The position numbers and the translations under genes are program-made. A DNA stretch of 63,330 nucleotides, the filler included, from Circinaria calcarea (lineage: Eukaryota), in assembly GCA_051942165.1 (NCBI GenBank). It is 26 parts of 26 records of this genome, joined end to end, with 100 filler letters (N's around TTAATTAATTAA, not from the genome) between each part and the next. Parts side by side here need not be neighbours in the genome. Positions count along the whole stretch, not along the records: positions 24,479 to 26,818 come from JAVECS010003633.1; positions 26,919 to 29,258 come from JAVECS010003634.1; positions 29,359 to 31,697 come from JAVECS010003635.1; positions 31,798 to 34,136 come from JAVECS010003636.1; positions 34,237 to 36,575 come from JAVECS010003637.1; 21 more parts are not named here. The stretch is one strand, 5' to 3'. This document shows positions 25,735-36,675 of this stretch, piece by piece. The number at the start of each line of letters is the position of its first letter. Within the stretch, counting starts at the first letter, position 1. The notes beneath the pieces were generated by a model. The model had not been told where the DNA came from and did no database searches. It saw only the letters and a list, made by a program, of their open reading frames with translations.

Positions 25735-26818
25735 CTAAATACTCACTCCTTCCATTCTTTCCACCAGCCCTGAACCGTTTATCCCATTTACCAAGCCATT
25801 TCCCTTTACCCTCCCCAGAATTTCTTCCAAACACCCTGCACTCGCTGCCACAAATCCCAAGTAAGGTTTGCTGGGTTGGAGAACGCGGCTGAGGTATTCG
25901 GGGTGGAATTGGACGCCAACGAACCAAGGGTGATCCTTGAGCTCGATGATCTCCATCCGCTCTCCTTTGTCGTCTTTACCAATGAAAGAGAGGCCATGGG
26001 AAGCGAGGCAATCAATATATGCAGGATTGACCTCGTAGCGATGACGATGACGTTCGAGGATGATGAGCTCGTCCCCAGCAGAGGAAGGAGAAGAAGAAGA
26101 AGTAGAAGAGGAAGGCGAGTCTCCATTGGATACTCCGTTCGTGCTTGGTGATGCGGGGAGTAGTGATTTTTTGGAGCCGTAGAGTGCGCGGAGTTTACTC
26201 CATTCGCTCCCAGACTGGAAATGAGTAGGCCGAATTCCCAAGCGCATTGTGCCACCTAGAGTAGTACGGTCAATTTCCGGCATAAAAATTACCACCGGAT
26301 CAGGGGTTCGCTCATCAAGCTCAATGGATGCAGCTTTAGGAAGGTTGCAGACATTCCGAGCGAACTCAATGACAGCTATCTGCATGCCAAGGCAGATACC
26401 CAGATACGGAGTCTTGTTCTTGCGCGCCCAGTTGGCAGCCGCTATCATTCCTTCAGTGCCTCTATGACCGAATCCACCGGGCACAAGGATCCCCTGAGCC
26501 GTGCAGATCACATGCCAAGCTTTGTGATATTCGGCGGGGGAAGATGTACTAGTGACAGACTCGAGGTGCGAAGCGTCAACCCACACAAGATCCAATTTGC
26601 GAGAGCATGCCATTGCGGCATGTTCGAGGGATTTGATAACAGACAGATAAGAGTCATGAAGGTTTGTGTATTTTCCCACAAGTGCAATGGTGACCTTTCT
26701 GTATAGGTGGTCTAATGGGGCCGTGAGCGCATTCCAAGCCTTCCAGGTCTGCGCACCCTTTACCACCAAGCGATCCGATATTGTAAGGAGATCTAGACGC
26801 AGGATCTTCTGCAACAAG
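25735..26818 (-). CDS. URA7: CTP synthase, glutamine amidotransferase domain; 5' partial
   Basis: IALVGKYT..HDSYLSV, ILVPGGFG.RG, YLGICLGMQ (catalytic Cys), ERHRHRYEVN, VGVQFHPE. Confidence 0.97.
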
Positions 26819-26918
26819 NNNNNNNNNNNNNNNNNNNNNNNNNNNNNNNNNNNNNNNNNNNNTTAATTAATTAANNNNNNNNNNNNNNNNNNNNNNNNNN
26901 NNNNNNNNNNNNNNNNNN

Positions 26919-28412
26919 ATCAACCTAGCACTCAAAGGCAGTCTGGATACGGACACAATTCGATGCTTCCTCTTGGAGAGTGGGTATGCTGCAGACGGAT
27001 TGGGACCTAGACTAAGCCAGGTCGACACCGAGGAAAGGGCGAAGGAACAGCGGAACATGAACAGTTTTCGGGCCTTTTTGATGAACGAAGTGGTTTTTGA
27101 TAAGATTATTGCCAATCTCCGGTCTGATAAGAATTCGAAACACATACGGGCCACGGGCATTCCAAGACCCGGTATGAAGCAGGTTGAAGAGACAGAAGAT
27201 GAAGAGCAGGAACTTGAAACCAAGGGTCAGCTTGAACCCCAGATAAAAGAAATTGCAGAGCAAATCGGGAAGGATCTTAGTGAAAAAATCGACAATAATG
27301 CAGATGCCGTGAAGGAAGAGATTAAAAAGCAAAGAAATGTCATTATTCAAGCCACAGCGCCTAGCGTAAGCCTCAAGCAGCAACTCGCTGCCGCCCGCGA
27401 CTGGACGGAGAGATTCAGAATAAGCCATGAAGATTTTCGCAGACAGTGGAGGGAAGCTGGGAAGAAGCCATTGACGGGTCTAGAAGATGTTTGGCCGAGT
27501 TATGACAAGGTGATAGACAATGATGGCGTATTCTCTGCCATTGGCTCTATCTGGTGGGCCCTCTGGCAGAAGGGCCGGCGCTTCAGCCTTCCCACTCAAA
27601 AAGCATGCCAGTGGAACCGAAAGGCAGAGGGTATTGCAGAAGGTCATAGGGCCATCGCTGGATCAGGTGGACAGTACCCTTTGATCATCCCTTTGTATTG
27701 TGACTATGGCGACTTCCAGCTGCCTCCTCGGAAAACTCGAGAAGAGATGCACAGAAAGCTAGCGTTGACTGGGAGTCTACTAAGCCACTATATCGTTCTA
27801 ATTGCTGACCCCCCAAGCCCTCCCGCTGACTTAGGTACGACTGAAATTGGACAGTTCACCCAACTCATGAGCGAAATGGTAGCTGTTGAAGTACGCGGTC
27901 GACGCCCCGACTTAATCAAGCTTAACCCAATTGCCAAAGAGATCATTAATTGTATCGGCTGGCTGGATTTCGACCCGGAAACCAACCACGCAGTGCAGAC
28001 TAACAGAAATATATGGGACAGAGAGCCTGTTGCGAAGATCGAGCATGAGGAGTTTGATAACGGGGCCATGCATGCCATCCTCACCACATGGGCTTACATG
28101 TTGGGTCTCCGCCGAGACCGTAGCATGCAGCGTCGTGTTGGGGGTAAGCCAGAGGAATCAGTAAAGGAGTTTTACACCAAGGGGTTCGAGGTTATCGAGT
28201 GTGTAATCGCTGGGATGTATGACACGCAGACGATCCAAGCCTTCTTCAATGCCTTTGGATTCATTGACTATCAAAACTTTCCCGAGGATACTTTGGACAT
28301 GCAGGCTTCGGCCGTCGAGATGAGTCCTTCTATCTTGGAGGTGATCATCGGGGATATTCTCGAGAAAGAACAGACTGAGAGGCTTTCGAAGATGAAGCGG
28401 GTGAAGGTGTGA
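26919..28412 (+). CDS. Intronless hypothetical protein with an internal repeat and a Ulp1/C48-like pseudo-protease domain; 5' partial
   Basis: Open for 497 codons from the contig edge. Motifs LIIPL...HYIVLIAD...NGAMHAILTTWAYML. The first residues resemble residues 426 onward. Confidence 0.75.
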   Translation: MNLALKGSLDTDTIRCFLLESGYAADGLGPRLSQVDTEERAKEQRNMNSFRAFLMNEVVFDKIIANLRSDKNSKHIRATGIPRPGMKQVEETEDEEQELETKGQLEPQIKEIAEQIGKDLSEKIDNNADAVKEEIKKQRNVIIQATAPSVSLKQQLAAARDWTERFRISHEDFRRQWREAGKKPLTGLEDVWPSYDKVIDNDGVFSAIGSIWWALWQKGRRFSLPTQKACQWNRKAEGIAEGHRAIAGSGGQYPLIIPLYCDYGDFQLPPRKTREEMHRKLALTGSLLSHYIVLIADPPSPPADLGTTEIGQFTQLMSEMVAVEVRGRRPDLIKLNPIAKEIINCIGWLDFDPETNHAVQTNRNIWDREPVAKIEHEEFDNGAMHAILTTWAYMLGLRRDRSMQRRVGGKPEESVKEFYTKGFEVIECVIAGMYDTQTIQAFFNAFGFIDYQNFPEDTLDMQASAVEMSPSILEVIIGDILEKEQTERLSKMKRVKV

Positions 28413-29358
28413 ATGGGGGATACGGTCGGGAGTTGACGGATGCTTCCAACCAGGCACTTCTCAGCAGTAGCATAGCCTATTTGTCATTGAAAGTGGCGAC
28501 CGCTTTGTGTGAGCGTAAAATAAATAGATGGAGAGGAGTGAGAGTAATTTGATAACCATCCTCAGCTCAGGTCCACGGGTCTATCTTTAGAATCGAGCTA
28601 TCTGCATTATAGAGTAGGCTAGGGACATTGGTTAAGCGAGGCAAAAGTCAGCCCTGTTGTGCCTGTTTACGCGGAGAAAGAGCCGCAACATGCCTCTGAG
28701 TGCTGTGATGCTGCTGTCTTCATGGCACAGTCTTCAGCCTCTCGGCTGTACAAGATGGAGAGAAAGATGGGCTGCCCCTAACGGAACATGGACGTGAACG
28801 TGAGCCGGACAGGCTATGCTCATGATGAGTCGCCTCCAGGATCCTATTCGGGTACGAGGAAAGATGCTACATCTCATCAGGCCCACCTTAACGGAGCACC
28901 AAGATGACCTTCCCTCCTGTTTGCCTAGTTAGTGCGCAGTCAGGAAGGTTGGCTACATAGGTCCATGCCTCCACCCGAATTCTTACAGATTTCCTCAAAG
29001 ATCTGTTCAATAGACCACAGGAGTACACCGTTCAGATCACCTTGCACGCAAATCCGGCCTTTGCAAACTCGCGTCTATTATCTCGAGACATCTTTCTGCT
29101 GGGAGAGTTCATGGCCGAGTACAATCACGCCGGTATATCGGCTGAATCTACAGGTAGCTACTAGCCTTGACATCTGTTTGCGGCCGGGCTAAACTCATCA
29201 GATGTTCCCCCGTACGATCAACATCAGCCAAACAGCGCCTATCCCCCACAGTAAGTCCNNNNNNNNNNNNNNNNNNNNNNNNNNNNNNNNNNNNNNNNNN
29301 NNTTAATTAATTAANNNNNNNNNNNNNNNNNNNNNNNNNNNNNNNNNNNNNNNNNNNN

Positions 29359-30846
29359 GAGAGATGTCATATCTGCGATCGAAATAACCAAGGAAGGCAG
29401 CAACAGTACTTTGTGGACTACAACTCTTTGGAGCAGCATTTTCGAAAGGACCATTTTATGTGTGCAGACCAGGAATGCATGGAAAAGAAATTCGTAGTCT
29501 TTGGCTCCGAGATGGATCTTAAGGCGCACCAGCTTGAGACACATCCAAACGGTCTATCGAAAGATGCTAGGAAAGACGCTAGGAGAGTCGATATATCTGC
29601 ATTTGACTATCGAACACCTCATCAGGAGAACCGCGGCGGGAGAGGAAGGGGTAGAGGAAGAGATCCTAACACTGAAGCTATTCCTCAATCTACAGCTCAG
29701 CCCTTACGAAGGGATGAGCTCGCATACCAACGACAGATGGCGATACAGAGCGCGCAAAGTGTTTCCACTCGCAGCTTTGGGGGTCAATTGACTGCTACCG
29801 ATGCATACGCTGCTAGGCCGACAAACCAATCCGTGGATCAGCCAACTATTACCGGTCCTCGTATCCATACTAACACAAACTCATCCTTTCCAGCTATCGA
29901 CAACCTCCATCTTGAATCTCATCATCAACCCCCAACGAGTATACCAGCATCACCGACCCCTCAGCACGTTCTCACACCACAGGAGCAAGCTAGACGGCTG
30001 CGTCATAATACCGTGATGGAGCGAGCATCAGCTCTGCTCAAGAATGATCAGCTTAAGATATTAGATTTTCGTAACCGAGTATCATCGTATCGTACCTCTG
30101 CCATTTCAGCTACACAACTCATCGATACATTCTTCTCCTTATTTGACGTTTCACCGGCGGATCTGGGTAAGCTAGTTAAGGAATTGGCGGACATTTACGA
30201 AAACGAAACCAAGCGTAACGATCTCCTAAAGGCATGGAACGACTGGCGTGCTATCAACGAAGATTATCCTTCACTTCCCGGTCCGAGCGGAGTCCTACCA
30301 GGCTCCTCTGCTGCCACCACCGCAGCTGGCGGCGGCCGCAGAATCCTCAAACTAAAGAGCTCCACAGCTCAATCATCCCGATCAGCAGTAAGTCGCCAGG
30401 GCAGCTGGGGCAACGCGGCAAGCGCGAACCCCTTCCCTCCCATACCAGCTGCATCGGCCAACCGGGCCGGGCCCGGGAAAGTCGGCGCAACACCTTGGGT
30501 CAACCCATCATCTTCTCGTCCATCGCCCACCTCTTCACGCCCAGCGTCCACGGCACCTACCTCGCGAGTTCACGCCGAAGGCTCGGATGCCTTTCCTGCC
30601 CTGCCCGCCGCCGCGAAACCAAACACTACCATTTTCGGTCTGCATCGAGGCGCCGTGAACTGGGATGACGGGAGGAGTGCTGCACCTTCGAATCCGTGGG
30701 GGAATAATGGCTCCTCGTCCAACGCGAACGCGAACGCGAACCCCTCGGCTACCGCGAGTGATGTGGAGGGCGAGTATGATGTCGGAGGCGGGAATAAGAA
30801 GAGGGGGAATAAGGGGAAGAAGCAGACGCTGTACAAGTTTGGATAG
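29359..30846 (+). CDS. HEL2: E3 ubiquitin ligase Hel2/ZNF598 (ribosome quality control); 5' partial
   Basis: C2H2-type fingers CHICDR...YNSLEQHFRKDHFMCADQECMEKKFVVFGSEMDLKAHQLETH, LLKAWNDWRAINEDYPSLP, FPxL motifs and a KGKKQTLYKFG end. Confidence 0.9.
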   Translation, partial: ERCHICDRNNQGRQQQYFVDYNSLEQHFRKDHFMCADQECMEKKFVVFGSEMDLKAHQLETHPNGLSKDARKDARRVDISAFDYRTPHQENRGGRGRGRGRDPNTEAIPQSTAQPLRRDELAYQRQMAIQSAQSVSTRSFGGQLTATDAYAARPTNQSVDQPTITGPRIHTNTNSSFPAIDNLHLESHHQPPTSIPASPTPQHVLTPQEQARRLRHNTVMERASALLKNDQLKILDFRNRVSSYRTSAISATQLIDTFFSLFDVSPADLGKLVKELADIYENETKRNDLLKAWNDWRAINEDYPSLPGPSGVLPGSSAATTAAGGGRRILKLKSSTAQSSRSAVSRQGSWGNAASANPFPPIPAASANRAGPGKVGATPWVNPSSSRPSPTSSRPASTAPTSRVHAEGSDAFPALPAAAKPNTTIFGLHRGAVNWDDGRSAAPSNPWGNNGSSSNANANANPSATASDVEGEYDVGGGNKKRGNKGKKQTLYKFG

Positions 30847-31356
30847 TGGGTAGATGGGACTTACTTGGCTTGTTGGTGTTTACGTAGAAGGGGGGAGGGA
30901 GTAAAACCGAAACGGTTCATCTGTCGGATGGGCTGTCTTTTTTTTTTTTTTTTTTTTTTTTTTTTGCACTGTACATGTATAAATAGTATGGTGAAGCGGG
31001 TCGAAAAGTCGATACTGCGGATACTTGGTACTTTAGAGGCTACTACGGTTGCCAAATGTAGTTACTGTACATGCTGCTAGGCTGGGACCAACAAATAACT
31101 TGAGACCTGCACAGCAAGGCTAATTAATATGAAGCTCTCATTCCGGGGGGGGGGGCTTGGTAGCGACCAAGAAAATACAGTGCCTTCTAGTTCCAAACAG
31201 TGTTTTGTTCCCTTACCCTTACCCTCAAGGTATGAGTGATGAATACCAAGGAGGACTGCTAGAGAGGAGCAACTAACTAGCGATTAACCCTTTTTTCCTT
31301 CACAGCCAACAAGCACAACCGAACCACATCCAAGTCCATTCTAACCTCGGCCGCCC

Positions 31357-31697
31357 TCACCACGTAAGCTCGAAATCCCTCTCGGCCTCCTCTCTCAATA
31401 GGTCCCCAGCACCACCCCTCCATCTTTCCTCCCACTCCTCGTCCTCATCCTCGTCAAAGCACCCACTCGCCTGACACCTCGTCCACATCTCACTCCCAAA
31501 CGGCGGGATCCCAAAGCGCTGAATGTAAACCGCCGGAGCAAGGGTGGGATCAGGGACTTCGGGTGCGGACTTGTCAGCTTTTGAGGGAAGGATGGTTTTC
31601 CTGAGGTTGGCGGAGGCGGCACGGCCTTTGGAGTAGCCCATTGTGGTCTTGGAGACGGCGGTGGAAGCGGTGTGGCGCATTGGGGAGGGGTTGGCGG
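31357..31697 (-). CDS. Conserved fungal hypothetical protein C-terminus; 5' partial
   Basis: SKTTMGYSKGR...GIPPFGSEMW...EEAERDFELTW*, open to the contig edge. Confidence 0.55.
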
Positions 31698-31797
31698 NNN
31701 NNNNNNNNNNNNNNNNNNNNNNNNNNNNNNNNNNNNNNNNNTTAATTAATTAANNNNNNNNNNNNNNNNNNNNNNNNNNNNNNNNNNNNNNNNNNNN

Positions 31798-31930
31798 ATC
31801 ATCACCCATGCTTGTGAGCCCTGCTGCCGCATTAACCTGCTTACGATCCCCACTTCTATGGGTACTCCATAGAAGTGGGGATCGTAAGCAGGTTAATGCG
31901 GCAGCAGGGCTCACAAGCATGGGTGATGAT
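31798..31930. repeat. Perfect inverted repeat with 64-bp arms and a 5-nt loop, at the contig start
   Basis: 31798-31861 is the exact reverse complement of 31867-31930; the loop is GTACT. Confidence 0.95.
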
Positions 31931-33776
31931 AATGCAAAAGTCGGTAAGACGGGTCACCTGATTCATGCTAATTCTGGTGCCGCTGGGAACTGTCGAAATG
32001 CTCCCTGGCTCGCGTTTCGAAACGGACAAGTCAATGGTGCATGAAGGTTGTGCCCCATCTACCTTTTCGCGCTGTTTCAGATCTCCTTTCGTAACTCCAC
32101 TGGAATTGCAAGCAGCCAGTGGATATACTGTGTACTGCATAGCGGCCCGGGCTCAGCACGTTGCACTGACTCCTGAGCCGGGGATGCATAGATCGGAGCA
32201 GCGGCATCCAATAAGCTGCGGGCATCTTAACATTCCGAGCAGCGCCACCCTAGCCTAAGGGATTCTAGAGATGAGATGTGCAGATGACTTGCTGAAATGA
32301 AACCGCACACCATCACCAAGTGCATTCTGTGCCGATCGACTCCGTTAGTTCATGTCCAGTGGGTCATCCCGCTGCTAATAAACATAGTGCTCTTCTTACT
32401 TTTTATACCATTGGAGCTATCTGACATTGACTGTTTATGAAGTAACGGTTGAACGGGTTTGTGGTCATAAAGTGTCTGTACCCCTCGACTGATGTGCTCG
32501 ATTATGGTGGCCGGCAGACAAGGAGATACCGTCCCCATGTTGGAAGGAGGAAATGCTAATCGCTGAGTTTGCCTTGATCCGCCTTGTGGCTTGCAACGCC
32601 CTTTATGCGATGTTACTGCAGATTGATCCATCTAGTAGCATCAGCATAGGCTAAGTAATCTGGCCGAAACGACGAATTCAAGGGAAAATCAAAGGACAGC
32701 AGGAAAGTACAAGTCTTGATTCATTGCATGTGTCCTGCAGAGCGAAGTTGCATTGGAATACAGCGGTAACTGTCATGACCACAATCATCTGTATTCCCCC
32801 GCCGTTTTACAAAGGCTTGCTGTAGAGATCAACAGAGATGGAGAAGTGCCAGCATGCGGGCGGAACCCTAAGAAAGGGTCTTGCGCTTCGACAGGACGAA
32901 GAGTACCTCTGGTCAAGCCATTATCAGATACTACACACAAAGGCAAATCATTTGACACGGGTGATACTACCCTGTCATCTCCTCATTAGTCACCTCTCCA
33001 CAGAATGTGCAAATAGGAAACAAAGCAAGGCTAATATCGCCGAGAGAGATAGGCAGAACACCGAGTATAGATTTTACCTCGCCTTTGCCGTTGAATTGGT
33101 TACGCGTATAATCTCGGTGAGCGTTCCGGTATTCTACGTTAGTGGGTGACGTTTAGAAGCTTCGCTCTCACGTGCAAGCAACCCAAAAATAAGAAATCAT
33201 GAATAAGCTACCTCGAATAATGAGGAAGACTAGCCCAGGACTTCAAGTGTGTTCCTCACGAGAAGTTGAAACGAGGAGATCTAGAATGGAGAGAGAGATA
33301 TTACATGGACCTCCAAGGTCCGATACTTTGATATTTCAGTTGGAGATATTCAGGGGATGAAATCATATCCTTGGCCCGCTTAGATGAGCGGATTGTGGTA
33401 TTCGTACGTCACACTAGCCTTGAGTCATCCTTGTGCGGAATCAAAGTTCTATACACTCAAGTAAGAAGACTCTTTCCACCATGTGTCTAGTGTATGTCCT
33501 CAAGATACCCGCATGTAAGCCTAGTACGGCTAAAAACCCCCAATAAGAAAAAGCCAAAAGCCGATGGGCTCCAAGTGCTGGCCAGAGAACATGGTTGAAG
33601 ATTCTCCGAACGCCAACGCTTTAAAAGAGATGCTACCTTCTATGGCCATCTATGTTGAATATACAATTCTTTGGCAACGATTTCGAGCGCCTTGGGCTGT
33701 TGAAAGACATCAATGCAGTCGTAAAGTCGTTGAATCGTGCAATGTGGAGCGACGTTGAATCGCGGTGTACTGCTGT

Positions 33777-34136
33777 CTAGAATTCCAGGGTCTTAGGCTT
33801 CTCCCAGGTGAAGCTTTGGTCCGTAAAGTGCCCGTTCTTGGCAGTCCGACAATAGATCGGTTTGGCAAGATCGAGCTCCTTGACGATGACACCAGGTCGC
33901 ATATCGAAGTTGGCTCGAATAATCTCGACTAGTTCGTCCGAAGATCTTTCGGAGGTTCCGTACGTTTCGATAAACATTGACAACGGCTCCGCAACCCCGA
34001 TGGCATAAGAGAGCTGCACGAGGGCCCGCCTCGCGAGTTTGCTGTGCACAAGTGATTTTGCAATCCATCGGGCCAGATAGGCAGCAGACCGGTCAACTTT
34101 CGAATAGTCCTTTCCAGAAAACGCCCCCCCTCCATG
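33777..34136 (-). CDS. SAM2: S-adenosylmethionine synthetase C-terminal domain; 5' partial
   Basis: [20 protein letters not shown] signature, [33 protein letters not shown]...WEKPK. Confidence 0.97.
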   Translation of the reverse strand, partial: HGGGAFSGKDYSKVDRSAAYLARWIAKSLVHSKLARRALVQLSYAIGVAEPLSMFIETYGTSERSSDELVEIIRANFDMRPGVIVKELDLAKPIYCRTAKNGHFTDQSFTWEKPKTLEF

Positions 34137-34236
34137 NNNNNNNNNNNNNNNNNNNNNNNNNNNNNNNNNNNNNNNNNNNNTTAATTAATTAANNNNNNNN
34201 NNNNNNNNNNNNNNNNNNNNNNNNNNNNNNNNNNNN

Positions 34237-34807
34237 CGCTTGGGCGGCTTTCCTGGCAGAAATGTTAGAAGCCGGCGCTTTGGACACAGAGAACCCCGAC
34301 GAGCGGAGGAAGAAGGGACTGAAGACCAATCCTGACGGAGACGTTGACCTACCAGATGCGCCTTACAGCACATTCCGGTATCCAGCCTGTCCTACCTGTT
34401 TGACGAACCCGCCTGTTCTAGCGGACGGAAGTAAAGGGAGGGTAGAGATTGACAGCGATGGAGCCTGGTCCCCAACATCGACTGCCGGAGTGTTGAAGCC
34501 AGCCGTAGTGATGTTCGGAGAATCAATAGCTGCCGAGGTCAAAGAAGCCGCCGAAGAGGCAATCGACAACGCGAGCAGGATCCTGGTGATTGGAAGCAGT
34601 TTAGCAACGTACTCTGCGTGGAGGTTAGTGAAGCGGGCCAAGGTGCGAAACATGCCCATTGGCATTTTGAATCTGGGTGGTGTGAGAGGTGAGGAGAGCT
34701 TCTTCGCAAACTTACCCAGCACGAACGTGGGCGAGCTAGGCGTTAGATGCAGCGAAAGTGTGGACAAGATACTACCAAAAGTTGTAGAACAATTGCAAAA
34801 AGGATAA
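34237..34807 (+). CDS. Sirtuin, class II/SIRT4-like NAD-dependent deacylase; 5' partial
   Basis: NPDGDVDL, CPTC zinc pair, LKPAVVMFGE, GSSLATYSAWRL, ILNLG. Confidence 0.88.
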
Positions 34808-35202
34808 CTAGAATGAAATCAGGGGAATGGAACGCAAGTGTAAAGGACTTATAAGTGAAGGTAGCTTAATGATCGTGCCAGACGACCCGCCACTCTCCTA
34901 GTCACGCCCGCACCTTTAGCAGCATAGCCGTACTTCCTGCTATATCGTGAAAGCTCCGGGGAGAACAGAGCCCTTGAGCTTGACCCTTGTCGTCGGATGA
35001 TGTATTCAAGATGGCGGACAGTATCCTTGACACATGAGGATGTCACAATGTATGTACCAAGCAGTAGTGGTTCAAGGTAAAAGACCATCATAGGATTTCA
35101 AAACGTCTTAAAATTCCCAAGAGCAGTGGTATCACTGGTTGACTCCATACACCAGGCTCTGCAATTAAATCACATGAACCAAATTCCTTTCGACCACCAA
35201 AA

Positions 35203-35936
35203 TCATAAGAGCTCTTCACATGTCCAGTCCTCATACCTGATTCGCAGGTTAGCAGATCTTGGAAAGCCAGCCGGCCATAGGGTTGTTATGACGTACCAAC
35301 CATCTGGTAGATATCTCCTGACAACCAAAGGGATCTTCTTCTCCCTCAGCTCCTTGATAGCGATCTGCAGCGGATCCGTCTCCCCTTCCAAATCGACCAG
35401 CACAGGCGCATTCATACTAAACCGTCCCATCAGCTCTTCACTCCGTAATTGTGCTCAATGGCGTATAGATACCTGATCTGTAAGGCCCTAGTCCCCAAGA
35501 CCCTTGCCCGTTCATACTTGGTCATGTAGGGCGTCGTGCTTCGCTTCTCATTCGGGACCCTTTTCTCCCTCAACCCCACCACCGCATTCTTTTTCCCGCC
35601 CGTCTGATTCGGATCACCAACCGTGACAATCCTGTCCGCGTCGGTCATCTTGGCGTCCGGGTCTTCAACTTCATCCTCCATATTTGAGATGCGTCGGGTG
35701 CCATCGGGGTTTTCGACGTCGTCGGGGTCTTGGGGTTCAAAGGGCTCGTCTTCTTCGAATTCGGGCTCTTCGGGCTCATAGCCGTCGTAGCTAGACGGAT
35801 TGATGTTAGCTGGGTATGCTGAGAGAGTGGTAGGTTGGCAATATTTTTGGGACGATGACTTGGGCGCTTAGGCGCATTGAGAGAACTGGACGGGGGAGCC
35901 ATACCCATCACCGTCGCCGCCTCCGTCGTCAGACAT
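35203..35936 (-). CDS. RPB6: RNA polymerase I/II/III shared subunit Rpb6, complete; exons 35936-35905, 35790-35473, 35416-35297, 35236-35203
   Basis: [74 protein letters not shown], with an acidic N-terminus. Confidence 0.97.
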
Positions 35937-36240
35937 GATATTACTTAAATGACGGAAAAAAGAGCTTGGAGCTATGGGTCCACTTTTTGAACTGCGATCT
36001 GCTCTTGGTTGGAGGTTTCTGAAGTCTTTGCTGTTGAACGAGGCAGCATCACAAAGTCCACAGTAAGTTCGGCAAGGGACGAAGCTCGCTAGCGTGCCAA
36101 GATTTCGCGGGCTTTCACGCACAAAACTGCATTTCTCACAGGACGGCTTTGCAGGAGACGACGATACCTCTTGGTATCTTTCGTGCGGAACAAGACTTCG
36201 ACTCATGGCTTAGTCCTAATTTCAGGATAGTTCGATCGAT

Positions 36241-36575
36241 ATGTCTGACGTAGGAGCTCTTTCATTGGGAGGTGTGAAGAGAAAATTTGGCAAAGATAGC
36301 ACAACGACTTCCAAAAAGATTCGACGTAGTCCGACACCTGCTCAGGATGGTAATCTACTGCAGCTACTTTTCATGTCTTGTTAATTGTGCTCTAAGACTG
36401 ACGATCTTGATAGATTCAAATTCTTCAGACTTCCCCAGCCCTTCGTCCCAAGGTGACCTCTCAGAGGATGAATCAACACCACCTACAGTACCGACCCCTT
36501 CAACCCCCGTCTCTTCGAAAGCCTCCCCGCGGTATCCATCCAACAACAAAACTCGCCATTGCCCTTACGAGGATT
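36241..36575 (+). CDS. PZF1: Probable transcription factor IIIA (Pzf1/Sfc2) N-terminus; 3' partial, one intron at about 36349-36413
   Basis: MSDVGALSLGGVKRK...|...PTPSTPVSSKASPRYPSNNKTRHCPYED ends at the start of a C2H2 finger. The RYPSxxKTHxCP(F/Y)xxC leader and the divergent position next to RPB6 both point to TFIIIA. Confidence 0.65.
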
Positions 36576-36675
36576 NNNNNNNNNNNNNNNNNNNNNNNNN
36601 NNNNNNNNNNNNNNNNNNNTTAATTAATTAANNNNNNNNNNNNNNNNNNNNNNNNNNNNNNNNNNNNNNNNNNNN

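Noticed and set aside
31210..31225. CCCTTA repeats as a telomere remnant
   Set aside because: Fewer than three units, not the CCCTAA fungal repeat, and internal to the contig.
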